NCBI GenBank assembly: GCA_964658305.1
Contig: OZ210885.1
Span: 21,638,001 to 21,702,000 of the forward strand
Reading direction: 5' to 3'
Source of the DNA: Leptogorgia sarmentosa
Lineage: Eukaryota
DNA length: 64,000 nt
Shown in pieces: positions 26,629-39,829 of the stretch. Under the pieces are notes generated by a model, which saw only the letters and a program-made list of their open reading frames with translations, searched no databases and was not told the DNA's origin. Positions within the stretch are counted from its first letter, which is position 1; each line of letters starts with the position of its first letter. A program made the position numbers and the translations under genes.

Positions 26629-27902
26629 TTGGATTTTCCAAAATATTAATTACAATATTTAGCGATTTGTTATTCTTGTGATTTTATCAAATAATATGAA
26701 TATATGGTGTACGAATTATATCCCCGGATGTTTACACGGTACGAGTTGTCGGCACTTTGTCGGGCACGATCAGCACGATTCGCAGTTTGGCGTATCAGGG
26801 CGCAATATTACTGCGCAATATTACTGCGCCCTGGGCGTATGTAATCGAACGCGCAATAAATGGTTGAACCATTGGGTTGAATATAATGAACTTGAATGTA
26901 ATGATGTTGCATATATTGAAGTTGTATATAATGAAGTTGTATATAATGAAGTTGAATATAATGAATTTGTTGTATATGTATGAAGTTGCATATAGTGGAG
27001 TTTGTACAGCATATAATAAGATTTGTACCGCATATAATGACGAATTGACAGCATATAATGACGAATTGACAGCATATAACAAGATTTGTACCGCATATAA
27101 TGACGAATTGACAGCGTATAAAGATGTTTGTACCGCATATATTCATGAATGGATACCGTGTAATAAAAAATAGGCACCTAAGACAGCTATGGCATTCCAT
27201 AATCGAGTATCCAGAGCATCCCCGTGCTGGAGGGACAGATGACTTGGAGACATTCTTCAGTTTAACCCATCGCTATGTGGGAAGTGTTTTCTCACTGAAA
27301 CAGTTCAAGGAATTATGGCCAAAAATAGTCACGTTAGCTGATGATGCAAACATTCAAGTAAAATTCCTTATACACTATAGGTTGGTTTCATTGAAGGTTA
27401 AACATACAGAGTACTTGGTGAAAGACCTTACATGTTTTGAGACTTTATGCCTCTTAAAAGTCCATAAATGAAATCAGTAAATTGCACACTCAATAAGACC
27501 AACCTTACTTTCAACAGAATCTGGTTACTGGTTACAAGATGTAGATTACAATATACATTTTAAATTACCACTTTTTTTAGGGGCCGATTACATGGAGCAT
27601 TTTCAACCCCGGGGTTGAACTCAGCCCTGTTGACAGGGTTGAAATTTCAGCCCTGCCTGTAATTGAAAACTCTATTAAAATCAAGCGCGCGATTACATGG
27701 CAAAGTTTTCAACCCAGGGCTGAGTTCAACCCCGGGGTTGAAATTTCAACCCTGCTTCAGCTAGCAGGGTTGAAATTTCAGCCCTGGGTTGAAATTACAC
27801 CCGGGGTTGAAATTTTGCCATGTAATCGTTTCAGCCCTGGGTTGAAATTTTTATGAGCTATTGGAGCATGCGCGGTAGTGACTATTTATCACAAGAAACA
27901 AA

Positions 27903-29364
27903 ATGGAGTATACGATACATGAGGAGGTGGAAGAGAGTGTTTAATTGCACTGGGAGTGGAGGAAATACAAACTGCTGCTGCTGATACAAACAAAGAAGAA
28001 ACAAATAAAAAAAGATTTCGATGGGACAAAGATCAGAAGGTAGAAAACTTGATACGCTGCTGCTTAGCAAATTATAAAAGCCAATCCGAATTCAACAACT
28101 CCGATTTTAATGCTGACAAAGTAAAACAGTATGAAGCAGTGCGGGTGGCGATGGCAAAAATATATGAGAAAGATCCGTCACAATTTGGTCCCGTATCTGT
28201 TCTTTCAAATGCATTAATTGGCGTGAGTGATTCTCTACTTGATGAGGAGCAAAAACGGGAAAAAGTACAGTTAAAAAAGCAGCAGGATCAAGACAAGAAA
28301 CTAATTAAAAGAGGATACCAGCGTATACATGAAAAGCTGAAGGATATTCGCCAGAACTTTTCGATAGCAATCACCAGTGGACGCCGTAGTGGTAGTGGCA
28401 AGGTCGTTCTTCAGTTCTATGATGAATTGGTAAAGATATGGGGCGGCTCTCCTGCTACTGAACCACTGTCGTGTGGGACAAGCACCGAAACAGTGAACAA
28501 CAGTTGCTTTGACGTGGCCCTTGAGCAAAGTATACTTGACAACATGAATCAGGAAGATGAAGAATCCGATGATCATGATGGTGGTGAGCCTGTTATTGTA
28601 AGTAAATATTATCTAAATGTTTTTTTCTTTAATATCGAGGCTTTTGAGTCAAAATCTTGTTTATACTGGGTAAAGTGACAAACTTTGGTTTAAGGTTACT
28701 GAAACTGTTAGCCTGTTAAGTGTTACAAACATAATTATATTCCTTATATGCATGAGGGCCTCTCACCATGCTGTCTCTGATAGTCATCTTAAAGTCTATC
28801 CTGTTATTAATATGTAGTCTTCTTCACATAGTGCAGAAGTTGTAGATGGTGGGATGACTGGAGCCCAGACAGCATCAGTGATTGGGAAAGCAAGCAACAA
28901 GCTTTCTGCTAAGAAGCGAAAAGCTGAAACAGTTCGGCCTGTTATTCCCCAATTGATCGACAACAAAAGAAAGCATATGGAGCGCCAGTTCAGTGCTGCT
29001 CAAAGAGATCAGCTGCTCCTGCAAGAGTCGAAAGAGGATTCCAAATTTAAAAGGGATATGACAGAAGCTATCAAACAGTCTGATCAGACATTTGCCAATG
29101 CGATGCAGCAAATGAGCCAATCTATTGTTCAGGTAGCTGAAAGTCTGATGCAATCCATGAAAGTATTTGTTTAGAGGTTCCGGCCAGCCTGTGATGCAGC
29201 CTATGATGCAGCGAAACAATCAAACACCTTACCAGCATCATTACACCGGCTTAAATTCTCCAGCTGTGTATAATAACTTTGGCACACATCAGTTCAACTT
29301 TGAAGAATGTACTTCACAGATACCAGATGATTCAGATGAAAAAAGCACTTATCATACTTTGTAG
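27903..29364 (+). pseudogene. Harbinger Myb/SANT-like DNA-binding protein (2 exons, frameshifts)
   Basis: KRFRWDKD...LANYKSQSEFNNSDFNADK...GRRSGSGKVV..FYDELVKIWGGSPATEPL. Confidence 0.8.
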
Positions 29365-29679
29365 GCATCAAGCCCCTTTCCCAACTATATTTAAAATCAT
29401 CTAAGAAGATTAAATTTTCGAACACAAAATATCAATTGTTTATATTAATATGTTACAGTAATTGTTCTGTTAATTGTTCTGTTTATGACTGAACTTTAAT
29501 ATGAACCTTAAATGCATGTTAAATACAAATGTTTACCATTGTTGCCTGGATGTTTACCATGTGTTGCTCCACTGACACTGTACTTACTATTTATAAAAAG
29601 TTATAAATTATCAAAAAATTTTATAAAGTTAATAAGATATAGTTAATAAGTTTTAAAATGTTGTTCACTTTTCTTGTGT

Positions 29680-30723
29680 CTCATGTACATAGTTTCATGT
29701 AGCATCTATATTACAACATTTCAATAATAATTATCAGGTAAATTATGTGTCATATAGTCTGTGAGAATTGGTACTCCTTCAAACAGAATTGTGTTAGGGG
29801 GTAGGCAGGATCCCCAATAAGATAATTTGGTACTGCATCATGACCAGGGAGCACTGTGAGGTATGTGATAGGTAACTGTCCACTGTTAAGGTTTTTACAA
29901 ATGGAGGAATTTGCAAAACCTTGGCATCATGCACTGAGCCAGGCCACCTGCATTCCACATCCATGAACTGCCCATTGCTGTCACACACAGCTTGGACATT
30001 GAGAGAAAAGAATTGTTTGTAGTTGAAGAAGTCTTGTGAGTTGTCTGAAGGGCGTTTGATAGTGATATGCGTTCCATCAATACATCCTATAGCCTGTATC
30101 ATACCAAATTTGAGTTCGAATTCTGAGGCTTTTTGTCTCATTTCATCCTTATTCCTTGGTATGTGTATATACTTTGGCCCTAGCACTCTGTTTATGGCTG
30201 AACATACTTCAGTTAAAACATTCGTCACTGTACTTTGGTGAATACCAAACGTATTTGCTGTCATCCACAACGAGCCGGTGTCTTTCAAATAATACAATGT
30301 GACTGCCAGTTTTTTGTCTGTAGTTAGGAATCTATAGTTCGGCGAGTTTGGTTTAGGCCTAATTACTGGGTCTAATTGAGCTACTAAGTTGTAAAAACAC
30401 TCTTTGCTCATTCTCAAATTTTTCTTCCAAGTATCTGGTGGGATATCTTCACGCAATAAATTAGTCCACCACTGATCCGTTCTTCCATTTGCCACCCATA
30501 TTGTTCTCGGTTTTCTGCACAGTCTGCGAAGTTTGAGATGCTTTTTTCGTTTAGCCCATTTGTTCTTTTTGGAACACAAATATGCTGTAATCAACATCAT
30601 TCGCTTCTTTTGTAAAAGCTTATAGGCAATGGCCATAGCATTAAACTGTAATATCAAGGTTATTAACACCCCAAATTGAAAGAATACAAACATTGCAATA
30701 CGTTTCATATTTTCGGCGGCCAT
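29680..30723 (-). pseudogene. Harbinger (HARBI1-like) transposase, C-terminus frameshifted or partly deleted
   Basis: NLRMSKECF...LYYL...TFGIHQSTV...IGCIDGTHI...FFNYKQFFSLNVQAVCD...WPGSVHDAKV. Confidence 0.93.
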
Positions 30724-31299
30724 CTTTTAAAATTTCCCGCTTTTTGTTACTTCCAATGGCGGGAACGTATAGCATTTCAACCCCGGGGTTGAAATCTTTC
30801 ATGTAATCATAAAGAATTTCAACCCTGTCAACAGGGCTGAGTTCAACCCCGGGGTTGAAAATGCTCCATGTAATCGGCCCCTTAATAGGGAATTTTCAAA
30901 ACAGATGTCCTCTGATCTTCCTTTCTACTATTATACCCTGAATGAAAGATACAGGGAAGAAGAAATGCCATCATTTGACGAGCCAAAGAAGAAATCTGAT
31001 GGAAGCAAGTGTCAGCCACATCTTCAAAAGCTCAAGATTAACCACCATGAAGACAACTCCATTCTTGTTCCTGGACGAGCAATGTTGCCTGTTCGTAATA
31101 AAGGGACAATTCGACAGAGGCTGCACAAACCAGAGATGGGAATGCCACCAGTCCCAACACATTTAGCTTTAAAAGATTAAGCATCAAGTTGTAGTAATCC
31201 TGCTACACAGCCAAAAACGCCCCACTTGCAACAAGCTTGTTGACAACTTGCACTTAAAATAGGGCACTTTAGAAAGCGTTAAAACTGAATATTAGGTAA

Positions 31300-34200
31300 A
31301 TAATATCATAGCGACCTCGAAATCTTTTGTCTTACGAGGTGCGATTAACGTCGTATTTACACCATGCTGAGTAAACAGGTACGATTAGTAACTAATCGTA
31401 CCTCATGTTTACTAATGAGGTAAGATTAGTTACTAATCGTACCTCATCTTTATGCAAAAGATCTCCCATTGTCTCGGTCACTATAATATTACAAAGTAAT
31501 AGCAATAGCATTTGCGGTCGATTAGTGATTAAATGTACCCTCAAGCCTCGTAGTGCCAAGAAATCGAAGTTCTCTCTGAAATTCCTCATGGAAACTACTC
31601 CCCTTTAATGTAAATGTTTCAGAATATAGAGTAGTTGGTTGGGTAGCGCTTGGTTCACTCACGTTATTTGCACTAGCTTCGTCTTTTTCCACGTTTTTTT
31701 CACTTTGGTTTTGCATGTCTTGATTAACATGAGCATCACTATCGCCTTCTTCCAACAAAACATTAGAAACTTTAGTTTCCTTTGGAAACGAAGTACAATT
31801 ACAATTGCATGACTCTAATTTCAGTAAAGGCATCGAGCGAATGTTGTCGTCCTCCTTTGATGGTAACTTTGGGGGCAGTTTGTGCCACTACTGAATTGTC
31901 TACCATAACATCAAAAGTAAATATCAGCATAACACAACAGCCTTTGTCAGGTCCTTCGTCTTCGATCTAAACGAAAATAAAAATTAATTAAATTATGTAA
32001 ATTCAAGGCAAAAGCTTTAAATATTTATATTTTAAAAAAGGAAGCGAGGTATATGCAAATACACTTACTGTGTGAATGCAGCTCGATGTCACTTCTATTA
32101 TCGCTGGTGAACTTTGTTCTCGCAATTTTGAAACGTTTTCGTTGCTGTGCAAGAACAAGACCAAGGCCGGCGAGAGCCAACTACGGGCCCCAGGACAAAT
32201 TGTAAACACGGGCCCCCCATCCCACGCAATCAACGAAGAAATCGCCAACGAATTACTTGTAAGAAATCCCCGATATGCCGGAACATTTCGCTGCCAATGG
32301 CGCATGTGACGTGCATGTATGTCATCGTACCAGCAGAATAGCAGATGGATGTTGTAGCCTTTAAAAATAATTACAGAGTTATGACTTTATTATTTGGCGG
32401 ATTTTTGTTTACTCTATTCTGAAAAATACAGGAAATAGTTTCATAAAAAGGAATAATTTACCATTTATTTATTTTGTTTATTTACTCAACAACAGTCATT
32501 AATAATTTCAACAGGACTAACGACTCAACAGTTAAATAGTCAACTCCTATTAACATAAATCAATAGATTATAGTCACAATGTCACACGCATGTTAAGTTG
32601 ATCTTTCTAGCTTTCTTGTTTGCAAATTCGTCTATTACAGTATCGAAGTTCAGTTGACGGGCGAAGGCTGGATTAAAGTAAAGCATTACTAACGAGGATA
32701 GATGCAGCTGCCCCATCGTGGAGCGAAGGTGACTTTTAAGGATGGTTAATCCACTGAAAGAACGCTCTGCCCCAGCGACTGATACAGGTAACGTACAAAA
32801 GATTCGAAGTGCAACACAGACATTTGGAAAGAGACTCTCCAAGTTCTCTTCTGTTAGGCGGTTAAGAAGATCCAGAGGAGGTAGAATGGCTTTGCCGAGG
32901 TTTTCCAAGTGGATAGCTTTCAAGTGCAAAATCTCAGTCACGAGATCCCCAGAGACATCAACGATATATTCCTTGGTAAACAAGGTTGCATGTTTCTCAA
33001 TTGTTTCCTCGTTCATTGACAAGTACTTCTATAGAAAGACGAATTTCGCTTCCAAACTTCGAACTACATGGTAACGGTTTCTCATTTCTGTCAACAAACT
33101 CTCAATAATAATCTCAAAAACGTGTGATCTAAATTGTTCGCATGGATCGTTTCCTTCATCGTCTTCTGAATCTTCACTTTCATCAGATACATCCGATTCT
33201 TCGAAGAACCTCTTCCGTCTCTTCTTTCTTTTCTCGGATTGGACATGCCACAGCTCAATTTTCAAACTTGTTGCCACAGCTTTGCATTCGGCTAGAATTG
33301 CAGGTCATTTTCCTTTTAAACTCTGGAGATCACGGATAAGGCCATCTATATTCTTCACTTCAATATCTATAGTTGCACTTCGCGCTTGCAAAACTTTGCT
33401 TCGGTCATCAATCATCTTCAATGCTTTGAACCAAATTGAAGACATAAGAACACATTTGAAAGAAGATACGTACTTGATGAATCCCTTGACATCCGCTTTA
33501 ACTTGAGCTGTGAGATTGAAATCCAGAAGAGATTCCAAAGCGGTTTTCAACCTAGAAAGATGAGCAGCGAATGGACGAACACTTTGGATTCTCGCAGACC
33601 AACGTGTGCTTGAAAAAGGATGAAGGCTGTCTCCAATAATGTCTTTCAAGAGATCCCAACGTTCTGGAGATCCGTGAAATATGACATACACTTTTTGCAC
33701 AACACCAAAAAATGTCACGACCTCTGGGCAACACTCTGCTGCATGAGTACCACACAGGTTAAGACTGTGAGCTGCACAAGGGGAAAATTTTGCAAGCTTG
33801 TTCTCATTTTCAAGGCGACTACTTACACCTTTATAAACACCGGTCATATTACTTGCATTGTCGTAGCCTTGTCCACGGCAATTTGCGAAAAGAATACCGT
33901 GCTTTTTCAAGGTATCCAAGATCATGGATGCGCTAACTTCCCCTGTCTTACTGTGTCTTTCTTGATTGTCCACAAAATCCGGAAATCGTTCCTGCACCTC
34001 ATGTTGTCCTTCGAGATTGCAGTAAACGTAGCGTAGGACAAAGACATTTTGCTCCAAGGTCCTGTGTCTGGAGTAGCGTCTACAATGACTGCGTAATATT
34101 TGGAATCTTCAATTTCCTTCAAAAGCCTTGTCCGGACTGCGTTGGCACAGCATTCGATAAACTCATTTTGCGTTTCCTTTGAAAGGTATGTGACTTGCAT

Positions 34201-35697
34201 CCGACGATTAGAATCTTGAGCCTCCTTTACAGCAGCAAGGTGTAACTCTAAAACTTTATCATACCGTGCAAGTAGCTCACAAATACCAAGAAACAAGCCA
34301 TTGTGTGGATCACCAAGCTTTTCAGTAATTCCTCTAAATGGTAGCCCCCTTTTGGCCAAGAACAGTGTAATATCCAACAACCTTACCAGAATTAATTTCC
34401 ATTGTAAGATCTCACTTTGAATGCTTTGATCAAGTTTCATGTCAATTTTTGCACTGTTTGAAATGGTCTTTTCTAACTTTCGCCACTTCAGATAACACGA
34501 CTTATGAGTAGCACTCTCCTGATGTTGAGGTATTTTTTCGTATAATTTTTGCCAGTTGCCACATATACCTTGTACCCGAGCTAGTGATGGTCTTGATTGT
34601 TCTGGGCCGTTGTAAAACAGACGACAACAGAAACAAAAGAGTGATTGTTTCTCAATGCTCCATACTAGCCAGTCACGAAGGATTTTCTCTCCATTGTTCA
34701 ACTGAGTGTGCAACAAATGATACGGAAAACCACGTCCTGTCTCATCACGAGGGAATTTAGTAGGGTGTTGTAGATGGCCCCTTTGCATGGCAGAATGGAT
34801 CTGATTAATGTTCGGGGCAACTTCTTCCAGTTTTCCAATGTCAAAATCATGCAATTGACCAATGGGTGCAACAGGAATACTTTCCATCACATTGCTGTTG
34901 GCAACAGGGAGAATGACACAGGAGGCTGCAGGTTTGGAACTGGAAGGTTCCAAGGAATCCAAGAGCGGAATGTCTGAGTTGTCTGATGTCATAGAAATGG
35001 AATTGTGTGGTGGTTTATTAGCATTTTCGTGATTAGATGTATTAATGTAACCATTGGCCTCTCACTGTCAGTTACACAGTCATCAGTGCCATGGGAGACA
35101 ATTGTGTCTATCTCCAAGTCAGCATTACTCTGATTACTGCTAGTGCTACACTCATGTTCTTCATTTAGAATAAAAAACTTGGAAAGCGATGTCAGACCTT
35201 GTTTTATACTTTCTTCCTTTGCAGCCCTATCCTTCCTTCCTTACTTCCTGATTTATGTTGGTAACGATTCATCATTTATTATTAATAGGATGCAAGCCAA
35301 TTTGAAATTATAAACGATCAAGAAATAGTTTGTTTCGCGTTTCGATTGATCACAACGACCAGCGGTAGTGTGCAAGTTGGTGTACTTCATTTAGGACAAA
35401 CATTGCATCAAGCGATGATAAACGATACGAACATTTTCCCGAGATTTCCGGGCCCCAGGTATTTTGCCCCCCCCCTGCGCCCCCCCCCCTCTCGCCGGCC
35501 TTGAACAAGACAGCTCGGCGTTCGCTCAGTTTATTGGGAAAACTTACGTGACCCATAACCATGTAAAGTTCAAGACAAGAAACAGACTTCAAATGAAGAA
35601 TTTTCTCAACTTTTAAGTCAAAACAATGAACATACAAGTGTCGATTATCCGCAAACACGTCTGCCATATGATCCCTTACATCCATGATGGCTGACAC
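31300..35697 (-). pseudogene. Degraded uncharacterised gene convergent with the P-like transposase, split by a hAT; possible C-terminal HIRAN-like domain
   Basis: Frame ...ERRAVLF|LHSNENVSK... rejoins across the hAT TSD; GT-AG intron ~31968-32069; ETFTLKGSSFHEEFQ followed in another frame by ANAIAI. Confidence 0.45.
32162..35503 (-). mobile_element. hAT DNA transposon with both ends; ZMYM1-like transposase pseudogene ~32582-35273
   Basis: 15-bp TIR CAAGGCCGGCGAGAG; 8-bp TSD AACAAGAC (32154-32161, 35504-35511); RDWLVWS, LPFRG, VDATPD, GQGYDNAS, CAAHSLNL, STRW, AERSFS. Confidence 0.95.
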
Positions 35698-35772
35698 AGA
35701 AATGAATATTTACTTCCGGTCGCATTGATAATATGATTTAAATTGTTGCATTGTGGGATAGCTGACTAATCC

Positions 35773-36410
35773 TCCTTTACCTGGATCATGAAAAACAGAG
35801 CTTATGAAGTTAACCTTTGCACAAGGTAAACTTTCAATAATTTACAATGACAGGCCAAGAAATTGTTAACAACTTTTCATTTAATTGTCATTTTCTTTCA
35901 GATATCTTGATCACATGTGTGAAGCAAACAAACTAGCTAAGAAACATGCTACCTTGCAACCTGCCATATTAAAGGTAATAACTAAATGACAATCATGATT
36001 CCATATCAATTTATAAATAATTGACAATTATTATGGCATAAAGTTGGGCATGATATTGCAAATGTATCAGCAGTGTGTGGTAATGTGTGGATTTGAGATG
36101 GAAAAAGAAAAATAACTAAAGTACTCTTTTTTAATCTGCAGGTACCCCAGCAAAATATGTCCAGCAACAACTGTGGTATTTACTTGAGTTTATTTTTGGA
36201 GTTTCCTGAAGGTGGAGTGCTTTTTTTTCAGTTTTACTACCTTATGTGTTGAAATACTGATCAATAGCATATTTTTACTAATTGGGTTACTTCACAGGAA
36301 ATAGATTTGTATGAAAATGATCCAGTTTATTACATGCAGAAGAAGCACAGAAGAAGAGTTGATGTTGAGAGGTATTGGAGAACATTACATGCCCTTCATG
36401 TTATAAGGCA
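35773..36410 (+). pseudogene. 3' exons of the Ulp1-like protease gene of a second ISL2EU-like element
   Basis: SFTWIMKNRAYEV aligns with SLTWDIQNRRKEF (~12350); VPQQNMSSNNCGIYL aligns with VPQQAVSSNNCGFHL; similar exon layout. Confidence 0.7.
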
Positions 36411-36549
36411 TAAACAAAGTGTGTAAATAATGTAATTAACAAATTCATTTTTTTCATTTGTATGGGGTTAAGGGTATAAAATTAATTTAATTCATTAACA
36501 TGTGACATATATTAAATAATTATTCATGATTTCACAATGTTGTAATTTA

Positions 36550-38577
36550 CTATTCCATTCTTATCAAACTGGGTTGCAAATTTACAATGGCTGCACAAAC
36601 TTTGATAATAGATGTAATATAGGCTTTAAATGTAAGTGGGATAACACCATGCAAAATACTAAAACATTTAAGTTTTCTAATCATCTGTTCTACATGAACT
36701 CGTTTAGCTGCAACTCGTCTTGTTGCTGTAGATGCTCGGGAAGACACTGTGTTCTTCATCATTATAGGTGGGGCTATCAAATAAGCACCACGTAGAACTA
36801 ATAGGTCCTGGATGTTGAAACCCCTGTCTGCCATTATGCAATCATCTTGTTCTATATGATCTAGAAAACCTCTCTTTTGCACAATATCTTTATCACTTAT
36901 GGAACCACTGAACAATTTGGACACAAAATTGAAGTGGCATATTGGGGACAGTGACACCAATATTTTAAGTGTGTTATACGATTTATACTGACTGTAGGTG
37001 CGTCTCTGGCTTGATGGAAGGGAGGGCTTTTCAAGATAAAATTCTGTACAATCAATAATTCCTCTCAAGCGGTAATATTTCACATATTTAAAAACTTTTG
37101 GACGACATCCATCCATTCCTTCCATGTCACTATGTGTTGAAAAATTCAGCAGAAACCCCATCTCTCTCTCTAAGAACAGCACCCAAGTTACAAAAATCTT
37201 GCTGCCACTTCCAGTAGATATACCAAAAGTGGTACACAGTGTTTGCAATGTTGGTCGTCTCCTGAGTCGCACAAGTGTAAAAACCAGCTGTTCTTTGATG
37301 GTGAGTTTGCTCCAACTTTGCTTTTGCTATATAATAATAGTGATAATTTTTTACCAAATTGACAACTAGCACACTAGTTTCACCTCGACTATAACACACT
37401 AGTTTCAACAGTTATTCAATTAATATATTACCAGACGATGTTTTTTTTTCATAGAAGTATTCTTGTTGCTTGTTGTAGTTGAACCACTCCACATTCGTAG
37501 CCTTCTTGCCTTCCTTTTAACAAAATTATACAATGCTTCCAGACATTCCTTTGTTAAACCTTAAAAAAAATTACGAGTTTTTTGTGCATACAACACAGAT
37601 AGCTTGATATAACCATTATGCACTTTTTTTACAAATTGATTCCCAAATACAGGGACACAAATACATTTCAATATTGGTATCAAACCTGTGTAATGATATG
37701 TTAATTTCAGGTTATCTATTGCTATCATAAACAAAAATCTTCTTAGAGTCTGGCTGTCTTGAAGAACATCATCATTGTACTTTTTAATATCTGTAGCTTT
37801 CAAGTTGGTCTAGAAAATTTTATTAATATCACAATTATTATTTACGTCTTACTTTTATAAATCGGATTGGTTTATTCAATATACCTGTACACAAGCATCT
37901 TGCTTATTCGGTCCCTCAGCAGACAAATGGTCTATTTTGACATTTTCTGAAAACCCATTCTGTGATGCTGTATCTGTTACAACGTTTGCTTCTGCCACAG
38001 GAGATTCACTACTCAGTCTAAGACTCATGAGACCGTCAATAGCAATCTTTTCCTCATTTGCTAATGCTTTTGATTTTTCTAACGACTCATGAAGGTCTAA
38101 TAGGGCTTCCACGGCATCTCTCTCATGCCTCCGACTTTTACTTCCAGAATTTACAACGCGCATACGCTCTTTTGGAGCCTTACGTTTGCGATTCAATCGC
38201 TTGACCTATCAACATGCAAAAAATAGAACTAAATATAGTTGAGTGAATGTTTACAAAGGGTATGAATTTTAAAAGTTATTACCAACCTTTCCTCTACTTG
38301 CTGTAGCTGATATTGGATCAGGATTTTCTGGAGTTGGTCCATTCTGACCAACGAAGTGTAGGCTGCAAATATAGCTGTCTTTTCCACATACAAAAAAGTC
38401 GCCTCGATGACACGCCACAATCCACCTTTTTCTCTTTTCTGCTGATTGTTTCCATCTTTTAGGAGCAGGGAAACGATAAAAACGGACTTCATCTCCTTTT
38501 TCATTTTTTGTCAGTAAATGTGGGTATCTAGAATCATTCTTACATATGCCCCAAGCACAACGTTTTGTAGCAACCAT
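36550..38577 (-). pseudogene. Second THAP + DDE_Tnp_4 (ISL2EU-like) transposase, multi-exon
   Basis: KRCAWGICKNDSRYP...WIVACHR...ICSLHF; IIDCTEFYLEKP...IMADRGF...RVHVEQMIRKLKCF; paralogous to 13022-18537. Confidence 0.9.
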
Positions 38578-38589
38578 ATTGAAATACGG

Positions 38590-39170
38590 TCATTGAATCA
38601 TTGGAACAATATCTTTGTTAACCTCACGTCTTCGTCGACTTAAGCCATAACATTTCAAACGATTAATGAGAGTCCGTTTGCACATCTTGATATTATGATA
38701 TTTCTCCAAAAAACATAGAATGGTATAGTAGTCATAGTTTCTCGAAAAATAATATCTGATCGCTTCCTCTTCTTCCATCACTCCTGCTTGATCAACAGAC
38801 AACAGTGACAGATTACCATTTACCAATATTCCAACCATTCCAACCACAGTGACGGCTTCCGGCCGAGCTCAGTTGTGTGATTGTGTTTCCGGCCGAGCTC
38901 GAAGAGAACCTGGGAACGAGGTTGCTCAAATGTGCGATTGTGCTTCTGGCCGAGCTCAATTGTGTTTTGGATGTCACAATTGTGTTTCGCGACGGTCAAA
39001 TGTGATTTGGATATTTCACTTGTGTTCTGGTGAGCTTCAAATGTGTTGTGACTGTTTGTATTGTGTTTTCTTCGTATCTAATGTGTTTTAAAAAAGTCAG
39101 TTGTGCTTAAATCTGTTTGAAATGTGTTTCATTTTGTTTGTTTTGTGTTTTGCACTTATGGACCACCGTA
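38590..39170 (-). mobile_element. Truncated end of another IS3EU-type element with the transposase N-terminus
   Basis: Minus-strand terminus TACGGTGGTCCATAAGTGCAAAACAC with ACACAA repeats; AIRYYFSRNYDYYTILCFL...RTLINRLKCYGLSRR (Clr5-like HTH). Confidence 0.65.
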
Positions 39171-39279
39171 ATATTATGTTGGATTGTCAATTACAGATTA
39201 TATTAAGAACCCACAGTGTTGAAAAAAGTTTGCAGACATTGCTGGAGTTATTGTTTGTAATGCTTCAATTATGGCTACT

Positions 39280-39775
39280 TCAGTAAAGTTTATTGCAAAT
39301 TGTTCATGCTTTCTTAAATGTAGTTTCATAGATCTAAAACAAAATTCACATGTATTAAAGTCAGGACTGTATGGGGCTGAAACACAAGATCTACACCATT
39401 ATCTCCCAATATTGTTCGCAGTTCATTGTCGGCAAATGCGCCAATGATAAAATCCACAGTTGTCCATAACAATAATATCTCCATTTGACAGTAGGGCATA
39501 TTGCCATAGACAGGATTAACCAAGTTCAAGCACTGTTCAAAAAAATTGAGCATTTCTAATCCAGTAGACGGACCATTTAGGATGTTGAACTGGTCAACTC
39601 CAAAGCGACTGATCCATTACAGGTTAACCATTGTAATTACAGTTGGAAGTGTAGGGCTGAACTTCAACAGCTGGTTCACCTTTCTTACTGTGCCCATACA
39701 CACGGTTTGGTGTTGTTTTAACGACGGATGCTTCGTCAAAACGGGAATGTGGTATTTAATATGCATGTGTTCAAG
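39280..39775 (-). pseudogene. IS630/Tc1-like DDE transposase fragment
   Basis: Across frameshifts: ILNGPSTGLEMLNFF, GDIIVMDNCGF, LRTILGDNGVDLVFQP, YSPDFNTCEFCF. Confidence 0.65.
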
Positions 39776-39829
39776 GTAATGTTAAAACACATTCCTTTTC
39801 TGGCCAACATGGCCGCAAGATTTTTTGTT

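Larger units (their letters stand above)
19797..27201. mobile_element. IS3EU DNA transposon with two convergent genes
   Basis: Termini TATGGAATGCCATAG...CTATGGCATTCCATA; ~300-400-bp TIRs with 15- and 21-bp internal repeats; 6-bp TSD ATCGGG/ATCGAG (one mismatch); TAY termini plus 6-bp TSD fit IS3EU. Confidence 0.88.
27580..30881. mobile_element. PIF/Harbinger DNA transposon
   Basis: TIR GGGGCCGATTACATGGAGCATTTTCAACCCCGGGG; TSD TTA (27577-27579, 30882-30884); palindromic TTCAACCCCGGGGTTGAA subterminal repeats; two convergent genes. Confidence 0.95.
6365..31180 (+). pseudogene. Divergent P-element-like (THAP9-type RNase H fold) transposase, multi-exon and split by nested insertions; pieces ~6365-7030, 7566-7712, 8062-8158, 18830-19443, 19693-19796, 27208-27332, 30889-31180
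   Basis: Removing insertions rejoins the frame (PGM|ETVI; NDIIG|YPEHPRAG). Motif order IKLDGTD...NGDVD, VTDGEF, SDHNH (DxxH), KQSLVDAERLLS, TDDLETFFS parallels P transposase FDEM/GxVD, SDG, DxxH, KMxVxxAxQxxS, QDxLExxF. Confidence 0.7.

Noticed and set aside
35773..35790. CATG as a canonical P-element terminus
   Set aside because: These bases align in frame with the protease exon (FTWIMKNR), so they belong to the ISL2EU gene
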